NCBI RefSeq assembly: GCF_964355755.1
Contig: NC_092673.1
Location: 11,504,948 to 11,568,947 of the forward strand
Source: Antedon mediterranea
Lineage: Eukaryota; Animalia; Echinodermata
Reading direction: 5' to 3'
DNA: 64,000 bases
Part shown: in pieces, positions 40,747 through 50,764 of the stretch
How the letters are laid out: every line of letters starts with the position of its first letter
Position numbering within the stretch: the first letter of the stretch is position 1
Translations under genes and position numbers: made by a program
The notes under the pieces: generated by a model
Told to the model about the DNA's origin: nothing
Seen by the model: only the letters and a program-made list of their open reading frames with translations
The model's database searches: none

Positions 40747-43259
40747 GTGAAGGAATTTGGATATATATATATATATATATATATATTGTTAAATTATTAG
40801 ATTACTGTATATAATGATACAGTAATCTAATAATTTAATATTAATAGGCCTAAAATAATTGCCAGTCTTTCTCAAGGAAAATTTTCCGAATTTAACCTTG
40901 GTTTGTTGTAATGCTTCGCGCTGCATAAGCAGGCGTTATATCGTGGACTGTTTAACACAGATCAGGCTTACGACCGTGACGGTAATATATTGCAATTTTT
41001 TCGGAAGCCGGCTAATTACCGCAATATTACCGTCTTACAGCTATGTGTGAAAGGGGCTTAATTGTAATATTTAATATACTAAAAACCGTGATATTAACTT
41101 TTGAATATACATCTATTAAAAAGAAACGAGCAACGGCGAAAGTTAGCATATAACGTTTTTCTGATGGCGGTTCAACTTGCCCTAATCCAACAAACATAGC
41201 TGATGCACTATTAACACTTGGATATTTTGTGTACCGCCGCCAGCGAGAATAACATAGTGCGTACATGTGTAATCGTTAATTGACAGGTTGTACTACCCAA
41301 TCAGGAGCGCTTCTACCCGGTCGAGCACAGTGCACATGAACGTTTTATACACACAACTATTTAGCAAAACCGTTACAGCGTGTGTCAACCTCCTAGCCCT
41401 AGGTCACTAGACTAGTACTACTCTGTGTGTGTATTCCTTAGGCCTATCTATGAGACAAGTTGAATACCTTTTTTTTTTATCAAATTTTGTCATAATTATA
41501 AACAAATAAATCATATCTTTAGAATTAAAAACAATTTACTTTCATAATGTGAGCTTATATTTTGTAATTATTATAGTCTTTGTTTCGCCTTAAATTAATG
41601 GTAGGTCAAAGAGACCAGCCTTCTTTTTAATTAAATTACGGATTTACACTAGCCTTAAGGTAGATCAGAGAGAAATTATTTCCTTACAATTACAGCAATA
41701 GTCAGATGATAAATAAAAATAGCCAACCAACAAGGACAAGAAAAAGTTAGACAAGAGTGTTTATTATGATATAATATTATTATGTTTCCATTAATAATAT
41801 TTATTATTCAACAGACTGTACTTGCAAATGAAATGAGTTGAATTGATTATTTAAACCACATATCCTACAAATATTAGTATTACTGAGTAGTAACAAAAAT
41901 CAAACACAACAAATATCAATTATATTATAATTGTATTCATTTGTTGCACATTTGCCAGCTTATAAAATACAGTACAACTGATTAAATGATTTATGTAATA
42001 CAGTATATTTGAATATATTTATTTGTAACTCCAATAATTTATTTATGCCTATTATAATAATAAATCCGTGGCTGTCGAACCATGTATATTGTAGTCGATG
42101 TCCGTGAAGCAATCTGAAAAATGTAAAGACAAAAATGTTATTATAATATTATTGAGAAGAAGATACAAATTAAATTCTTACATTAGTCTAGAAAAGCAAT
42201 TAATTAGGCTTAGGCCTATATATTATAAAATAATATTGTACAAGTAAGCCGGCTAGGAAACAGAAAAACTTGAATAGTTAGGGTACCGTACCATATCTAT
42301 CAGGTTTAGGCTAGGCTATACTAGGTCTAACAACTCTAGAGAGCATTCTTATTCCACATGCCGTGAAAAGAAGGTTACCCGTGCCTGTCTGTGTGCACCT
42401 CTCCAACACAAAGCGTTGCACAATCATTTTATTGCGTTGAGTCTGTTTTGCTGAATAAGGGCGTAGACGGGTGCTAGTAATAAAGCTATTTATATACTGT
42501 TAATTAATATCATGTTTTATATATCAATATGATCCTAGATAAATGATGAAGTTAGCTGGCTATTCAACAAAATATGTTTTATTCAAATAAATAAGATATA
42601 ATGATAAATTTAACTTACTATGCTAAAATTTCCATTTCAGCGCTTCCCCTAACAACAAGCGAGGTTTCCCTAGACATTTTTTATAGTCAGCTAGGTGTTG
42701 TGAATCCAAATTTTCTATCGATCTGATTGGTCAATTTTCTGGAATCCAGGCGCTACGAAATGCTATTTAAAAAAATTAAATTAGCCAATCCGCGACTCTA
42801 TAACACAGGCGTTCGACCTACTATTGCTATGACGTCATATTTGGTCGGGACTTAGTTTCAATGTTAAGGAAAAGCGGTAGCGTAAATGCTGTTTATATTA
42901 CTATCGGGCCCAACAATTAAGACTATTAGGCCCAACGCCTAAAACGATCTGGTCAAACATAAGAAAATAATGGGCCTGATCGTCTCTATAATGGCCCCAA
43001 TCGTCCTTGGCCCGATCGCCTGTTCACCGTACTAGGGGCCTTGGCCTACGGGGAACAGACGCCCGGGACCATGGACGACCGGGACCATGGACGATCGGGC
43101 CCATTGTAAGACGATCGGGCCCAAATTCAAAATGTTAACATTGTTTAAATGTAATCATTTAAAAACAAATGTTAATGGTTGGATTAATTTGGTATGAGAT
43201 GAGTATTCTTCAGCATGTGATTTTGTTGACCGTGTCACAATACGGGGATTCCCCTTATT

Positions 43260-43590
43260 ATATATTTTTTTATTACACCTTATTAATAGAGGGTGAACCT
43301 AAACAGCGTATGCTGACAATCAAGGGGCCCTCTTGATGAGTGATATTGGCTGTGTGTATACTACTGTAGTACAGCGGAGTAACCCCCTACTTGTCTCAAA
43401 AGATGTACTAAGTTCTTTAAAGTGCACATGAGCCAGATGTGTACACTGGACTTACGGTTTATAGTCCTTATCCGAGAAGACTCATTTTACCACCAGAACC
43501 ATGGAGAGAGTGAGACTCGAACCCTTGCCGATGATAATATGGCAAGGTATTATGGTTCCACTGTCTTAACCGCTTGGCCACTCACCGCTA
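43260..43590 (-). mobile_element. tRNA-derived SINE with a Deu/Nin-like central domain
   Basis: A box TGGCCAAGCGG, B box GGTTCGAGTC, core TCGGATAAGGACTATAAACCGTAAGTCC...TTAAAGAAC...AGTAGGGGGTTACTCCG and an A-rich tail. Confidence 0.7.
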
Positions 43591-45502
43591 CAATATAAAT
43601 GTAGCGTGTAAACATCAAAGTGTCAATAGTTGCCCACCAAACTTAAAATCAGTTTGATATGATGATATGATGTATTATGGTCTCTGTCTCTGCATGTACA
43701 CTTTTGTGGGTAAATCGCCCACCTTTTTATTATTACAGTATATATAGTGTCAATACGCTACAGTAGATTTATTCCTCAACATATTAGTTTATAAGGCCAA
43801 CCCTAAAACACGTACTCTAGTCCACTTGTATTGTGGACATAGAAAGAATATCTCATTGGTAATAAATACTCTATTACTAATTATAAACTATTTTAACTAT
43901 TAATTTCTGATTTTTTTTTCCAAAACAACATTTTTTACAATGATTTTCAAAGAGCACATATTCACAAACATCTTGCAACCTGTAAAATAAATTGAAAACA
44001 AACATTATATACATTAGGCCTAAATAAACGTTCATTTCATCCTTTATACGTAACAAATATTGACCAGAACCATACAACCGCCAAAGCGTATCAGCGACGC
44101 TCCTTACCGAATACCAGATGTTGATTTTTATCGGAAACAAAATAAAACGTGATCGATTTAACCATATTAAACACAAAACTATCAGGCCCTGCGGGCCTAT
44201 CAAATGAAACGATCAGGAATATCATGGTTCCTAACACATGAGACGATCACCAAATTTTTTTTTTGATCCAATTTTTTGACGAAGTTAATAACTATTATTA
44301 TGTGACATGGCATATTAAAAAAAAATAAAAATTAAAACATTTTTTTTCAGGGGAACAATACATCTTAAAAAAAGTTTTAAAAAACCAAGCTAAGATACAT
44401 AATTTGATAGAAATACAGATCTTTACTGTTTATCAACATAGTAGCGCTGAACGCATTTTTTGGTTGGCTAGCAACCATGCAGAGCCCTCTATCGTTGTGA
44501 CGTCACACTATATTGATAAAAAATAACACACTACACAGTACATTCTAAGCCTACTAATAAATTAAGAACAATATATATTTTATAACGCTAATAGTAATAC
44601 AGTATAACTTTGACCTATGATTCATTAATTGTGCAACCATATATATTTTAACCCTTTTTGTTTATTTTTTCCATCTATGTATATTTACTATAGTTTTAAA
44701 ATCAGGAAAAACAATTTTCCTTTCTTATTTCTATAATTGACACTAAATATATCTTCTATATTGTTAAACAAACGTAAACGTTGCTCATTGCGCTCATAAT
44801 ATCACTGTGTAAGAATTGTGTAAGAATTGTGTAAAAAGGCAATATAGGCGTCCCATACACATTCACGTGAACGTGGGACAGTCTGAAATTTGGACGAAAT
44901 CCCTTGTTGGACAAGGTCTTGTTTTTGTGCAAAATATGTTAATTTTGAGCATTTATTGAATGAGATATCTAAACTTGTAACTAATACTCACTATAGTATT
45001 GGATATTTTTTCTAGACAAAAACCACTTAAAACAAGTCGTAGGCCTAGAATTTTAATAAAATTGACAAAAGAAAATCCCGGACCGATTTTGGAAATCCAA
45101 TGCCAATGGCAGACTACTTTTGGCCAACTAATTAGAGTAGAGCCAAAACTGGTCCGGCCGCACCAATTTTGGCCCCGGATCATATTTGTCGTGACAGGCC
45201 AACACATGAGACGGTCGGACCCAAACGCTGAAGATTATTGTGTTGTGATCACATTTTCTTTGCGTGGTCCCGATCGCCTGACAACCTACACTTACACACC
45301 AGGCTAGGCCTAGACATAGCATAGATAGGGTAACTACAGACGTGACACACACTTAACTTCACAACGGATGAGATGCGAGCAAAACACACTTGTCAAGTTA
45401 ACGTCATGATTTAATGTAATTGTAATTGTTGTGCAGAAAAATTAACTACATAATTGAATAAGAGATAGGCCTAAAGGCCTAGCTAGGCCTATATTTACTT
45501 AC

Positions 45503-45519
45503 TTCAAACGTGACCCCAT
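45503..45519 (-). CDS. DENND1: DENND1 coding exon 1 (MGSRLK, 17 nt)
   Basis: Minus strand reads ATG GGG TCA CGT TTG AA|gtaagt. It matches the MGSRIK N-terminus of DENND1 proteins, and its phase-2 end joins exon 2 in frame. Confidence 0.9.
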
Positions 45520-45872
45520 AATGAAATATGTGCCTTTGTAGGCCTTTTTGTGTACCTAGGCTAGGCCTAATTCCTTTTTAAACGTCAAGCCTTTCCACCG
45601 TACCAACTTCCGCAAAGTTATCATTTTGCATTTGTATAGTTACTGCCCTCTATGTTTAAATTAATCAACATTTTAATAGCAACAGCAAGATATTTTAATG
45701 GATCGGCACGATTTCAATTCACTTTTATGAGCACTGTTCCGTAGTTTGTATACAGCAGCAGATGATAGAGCAAAAATTATATCACCACCTGCAACCACGG
45801 TCCACACACACCACCACCACCACCAACCGACCATCCGACCATCCAGGCCATATCACCATCGACCGGATCATC
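45520..45872. promoter_or_regulatory. Putative bidirectional promoter and 5' UTRs shared by DENND1 and PSMB7
   Basis: Only 353 bp lie between the divergent start codons. An ETS-type ACTTCCG motif is at 45606-45612. TSS positions cannot be determined from sequence. Confidence 0.7.
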
Positions 45873-45937
45873 ATGGCAACTGTATCGCTTGTAACTCCAC
45901 CACATTCTGGAGGATTTGTGTTTGAAAATTGCAAGAG
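45873..45937 (+). CDS. PSMB7: Proteasome subunit beta type-7 (beta2) exon 1 (MATVSLVTPPHSGGFVFENCKR)
   Basis: atcATGG start, ends AG|gttaat, 65 nt. Matches the PSMB7 propeptide [21 protein letters not shown]. Confidence 0.93.
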
Positions 45938-46076
45938 GTTAATTTTGATGAAATTGTATATTATTATAACTGAGACATTAAGCCTAGGCTAGGCCTTGGC
46001 TAGCTAGTAGTAGTAGTAGGCCTAGAAGTCTGGTGTAGTAGGCTAGGTCTAGCCTAGTAGTAGTAGTAGGCCTAGC

Positions 46077-46956
46077 GGCGCTAGTTCCGTTTCGCACCTG
46101 TTTTTATTTCGACTTCCTTTTGACTCCAAATTGTTAAGCAACTTATTGTGAATACCACACCTTAAAATTGGGCCTCATAAGTACTTTTATGAAGAAGAAT
46201 CACATAAAAAGTAACAAATAAATCCTTAAATTGATGATTTTAGTTTTACAGACATGTTTCTCGCATACCGTTCGCCGCGAATTTAGCATACTCGAAGTTC
46301 AATATTTTCGTTTCTATGGAGTGCCAAAAGAGCAACAACAATAGATGGTTAAAACCTCAATGGAATGCGTCTTCTTTTAATGCATTTATTATTGAAATAC
46401 ACGTTTAATTTTAATATATTTTGTCAATAAAAATGCTGTAACATTTTACTGCTAATAATTTGCTGTTTTCAAATAAATAGCAACCAACCCTAGGCCTAAG
46501 AGTAAGACTAAGAGGCATATTATTTAGATTAAGGCATACCCCTACAGTACATGTAATATGATGATGAATTTGTCGATTTTCATTCCTAAAAGCCCCTGCA
46601 AAAACCATGTACAGTATCAACAGTAATATTTTTGTTGCATTGACATTGACAAAATATGATAAAATTGAACGTAATTTTCACCAATAAGCATTAAATATAG
46701 CCCTCTATTATGATTGCTCTTTTGGCGCTCCATAGAAACAACAACATTGAAGATGGAGTATGCGAAATTCACGAACCGATGTGCGAGAAACACGTCTGTA
46801 AATTCATCAATTTAAAGGATTTATTTTTTACTTTTTGTGTGATCTCCTTCGTAAAAGTATTTTTGAGGCCTAATTCTAAGGTGAGGTACTCACGATAAAG
46901 TTACGTAACCAATTTTGAGTCGAAATAAACGACAGGTGCGAAACGGAACTAGCGCC
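46077..46956. mobile_element. Merlin-like foldback MITE
   Basis: GGCCTAGC|GGCGCTAGTTCCGTTTCGCACCTG...CAGGTGCGAAACGGAACTAGCGCC|GGCCTAGC: GG termini, 8-bp TSD and imperfect arms of ~270 bp. Confidence 0.8.
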
Positions 46957-48604
46957 GGCCTAGCTTAGGTGTTTGTAGTACAGTAGTAGGCCTAGCCTAG
47001 CCCTCTAGACTAGCCCCTCTACTAGCCTAGTAGGCCAGTACTAGGGGCCTATATATAGCCTAGATAGGTAGGCTCTAGACCGGATGCTAGTCGCCGCATT
47101 GCAAAGCCGTCCCGTTACAAACAAAGCAGGGATGAGAATTCTCTGCGTTTTTAAGTATTATTAGCCTTAGGGATACCGAGAGCTGACTCCATTTTCATTA
47201 CCACGATTAAACAGCGCGCACGTTACTATGCGCGCAATGTCATTGACGCGGTGTTTTTTTACTTTGGTAAACACTTTTTATTAGGTAATTGTTCTAAAAA
47301 TAAATTAATTATAAATATATCATTTTGAGTATATATTTATTTACCTATTATTCTATAAGATCAAGTATTTTTTATTTCCATTTCATTCAACCAAAAATGT
47401 GAATATAGTGGTTAAAAGATCGTTATCGCCTAGCGCGTATAGCTTTTGTTTACTACAAAACCCTCGGAAGGCTCAATGACCTACCATTTCAACCTTATTT
47501 TTGTAGTTGAGCCTCTTATGACCTCAAAATGTTTTTTATTCCTACACCAAGATAATATAGTTCCACATACCATGTGCTTGTTACTAAGAAAAATATTAAT
47601 TTTAACTGCTAAAAAAACAATTTTATCCCGATATTAGGCCTTTATGATTCGAATATTTCATAGTAACAACCCATATACCATAAAAAATATCCGTTTAGTC
47701 CATTTTTTAAATAATTTTTGTTCAGTGAGGCATATCAAGCCCTCCCTTTACTAGCTACTATGCTGTTGTTATCACTCCATTGTTTAACGCGTAATTAACG
47801 GGAGGCCGGACATGCTGTTCAGTGTTGCGTAACGATGATTCCAACATGTTATTAACAGTCCTTGTTATGGTATGTTGCGTGAAATCCGGTCATTGTTGTT
47901 ACAACGCGTTGAAACAACGTATATAATTATATTTATTAAAATAATCATGTATAATACTGTATCCTAGGCCTACCGTAAAATAAAAATATATATAGGCCTA
48001 GGCCTACACGGTAAAATAAAAATATATAGGTCTAAGCATACTATTTACGATCCGATTCATGGTATTTTTTAGCCTGGTACGTCGGACGACACGTGTCTAA
48101 ATTTCTAATAGCCGACTTTCACCTGAAAAAAAAAATGTAACATGATATTGACGCGAATACCACACTACAGAGAGCTAGGCCATGAACGATTCGTTAAAAG
48201 TACACCGCCAGACAATCGCGTAGCTATTGTTTAGATTGCATACTATAAACAATTAATAACAAAGAAAGCCTAGAAAGATAAGCTCCTCCTCTCATTAAAA
48301 TTGTTAAATAATTTTGCTTTGACTGAGCCATTTTGTGACGGTTTCAACTCTTATCCATAACATTTCATTGATTAAACAATCAAATATAGATTTGCACTTT
48401 AGACAATATTTTTAAAAATGATTTACTGTATCAGTTCAGACTGTGAAGAACATGGATTTCGAAAAGGTACACTTTATTTAACGCCAGGAATTCTTCTCAC
48501 GGAAAAAAATGTGCTGATTGCAATCTGCATAAGCAATCAAAGATCCTGTATCTTTCTGGGATTCTGCCTTTTCCCCAGATTTATTGTTATTTGTATATAT
48601 GACA

Positions 48605-49680
48605 TAAAACCTCAGTACTGTGGAATAATACTCTGTATGCTGTCATTCAATACTATCGTCCGTTAGATCGGCGTTTAACGGACACAAAAACTCAGTACAT
48701 TGTGGAATGATGCTACTCTACTGTAATTCAATACTATCGTCCGTTAGATCGGCGTTTAACGGACACAAAAACTCAGTAACCTGTGGAATGATGCTATACT
48801 CTATATGCTGTCATTCAATACTATCGTCCGTTAGCTCGGCGTTTAACGGACACAAAAACTCAGTAAATTGTGGAATGATGCTACTCTATTGTAATTCAAT
48901 ACTATCGTCCGCCGTTAGATCGGCGTTTAACGGACACAAAAACTCAATACAGTATACCATGGAGCTATAAAATTGTATAGCTCCATGAGTATACTGTGGA
49001 ATGATGCTATACTCTATATGCTGTCGGCGTTTAACGGACACAAAAACTCAGTAAACTGTAGAATGATACTACACTCTATATACAGTAATAGGCCTACTGT
49101 CATTTAATATTATCGTCCGTAAACTCGGCATTTAACGGACTCAAAAACTCAGTAAAACTGTGGAATATGATGCTATATAATACTGTCATTCAATACTATC
49201 GTCCATTAGCTCAGCGTTTAACGGACTCAAAAACCCAGTATACTGTGGAATGATGGTATACTCTATATGCAGCTGTCATTCAATACTATCGTCCGTAAAC
49301 TCGGCGTTTAACGGACACAAAAACTCAGTAAATTGTGGAATGATGCTATACTCTATCTGTCATTTAATACTATCGTCCGTTAGCTCGGCGTTTAACGGAC
49401 ACAAAAACTCAGTAAATTGTGGAATGATGCTATACTCTATCTGTCATTTATTACTATCGTCCGTTAGCTCGGCGTTTAACGGACACAAAAACTCAGTAAT
49501 ATAACCTGTGGAATGATGCTATACTCTATATTATGCTGTCATTTTAATACTATCGTCCGTTAGCTCGGCGTTTAACGGACACAAAAACTCAGTAAACTCC
49601 GGGAATGATGGGTATTCGAATGATGCATACTCTATATACTGTCATCTACTGTATCGTCTGTTAACTCGGCGTTTAACGGA
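48605..49680. repeat. Minisatellite, ~75-80-bp unit, about 13 copies
   Basis: The unit CTGTGGAATGATGCTATACTCTAT...CTGTCATTCAATACTATCGTCCGTTAGCTCGGCGTTTAACGGACACAAAAACTCAGTA repeats in tandem. The CGGCGTTTAACGGAC motif recurs at ~52826. Confidence 0.95.
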
Positions 49681-49845
49681 ACAACGCACTGAATAGTAAA
49701 TTCGCGCTTGGTTGAGAGCAAGTAGGGGAATTTCCTTTTTTGCGACGCCTCCCTACTGCAAGAAGGCAATTGCACATTGTTTTTATATATTTATTTTATA
49801 TACTGTATTTGTGTTTTGCCTATTACACCATTTAGGCCTAAATAG

Positions 49846-50273
49846 ATACAATAATTGTTAATGTACACATTTTTTTTTGTATTTTGTAATAAACATGACA
49901 CCCTTGCAGCAGCATCACGGAGGCTGCCAAAAACACCGTGGTGCGTGTGTACATCGCATCGCGGTGATAAAAAACCATGTGCTTGCTAATAACGTGACGT
50001 CATATCGCCCAAAGTTTCATCCTCTGTTTTTGGACACACTCGAGGTCAGCGATAGTTAAAGTAATGATTGATTTACGTAATACAATAATTGTTAATGTAC
50101 ACAGTTTTTTTAGTATTTTGTAATAAACATGACACCCTTGCAGCAGCATCACGGAGGCTGGCCAAAAACACTGTGGTGCGTGTTGTACATCGCTTCGCGG
50201 TGATAAAAAACCATGTGCTTGCTAATAACGTGACGTCATATCGCCCAAAGTTTCCTCCTCTGTTTTTGGACAC
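49846..50273. repeat. ~190-bp direct duplication (49846-50036 and 50080-50273)
   Basis: Two near-identical copies, each from ATACAATAATTGTTAATGTACACA to TTTTGGACAC. Confidence 0.9.
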
Positions 50274-50764
50274 CCTTCTACTCGCGCGGCAGCTACAGTC
50301 AGTAAATGTTTTAGCTCTAGATAGACGGCGACCGGTTTCTATATTGTTTGGTCCATACCATCGTCCATAAAGGCTATACATGCTGATACTATCGATACGA
50401 CAGTCGGGGTTTTATCCGTGTTTACAATTTCGCCATTTTTTTTTTTTTTTTCGGTCAAGTGTACGGGGTAAAAAATAAAAAAGGAATTAACGTCAAGCAT
50501 GCTAAACAAAAAATTAGTATATTATAGGAATGTTCTATAAGTTGAAAATGTTCAACAAAAATTGTGGAATTGTAGATGCTGATAAATTAATGTTGGGTAA
50601 GGTTGTTTTAACAGCATTTTTTTTGCCGTCGAAATGACGGTTTACCACAACACCATCTGCAGTTTCAAGGCCCTTTCTACAGCAATTGCCGTCGATCTTC
50701 ATATTATTATTAGATATTATTGTATTGAACTCTGTAATGTGTGGTGTGATATTGTCAGTACAAG

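Larger units (their letters stand above)
38756..41058. mobile_element. PIF/Harbinger-like element hosting the LINE and Penelope-type insertions
   Basis: TAA|AGGCGTTTTCACACAG...TATGTGTGAAAGGGGCT|TAA: imperfect TIRs and a TAA TSD. Confidence 0.5.

Noticed and set aside
45319-45655. CATAGA...TCTATG pair as P-like TIRs enclosing DENND1 exon 1
   Set aside because: The arms match poorly, there is no TSD, and the interval contains the conserved start exon.
48605-49680. Regularly spaced palindromic repeats resembling a CRISPR array, with ORFs 48707-48970 and 49250-49504
   Set aside because: The intervening sequences are themselves repeated (no unique spacers), no cas genes are present and the context is a eukaryotic intron. 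The ORFs are translations of the satellite.
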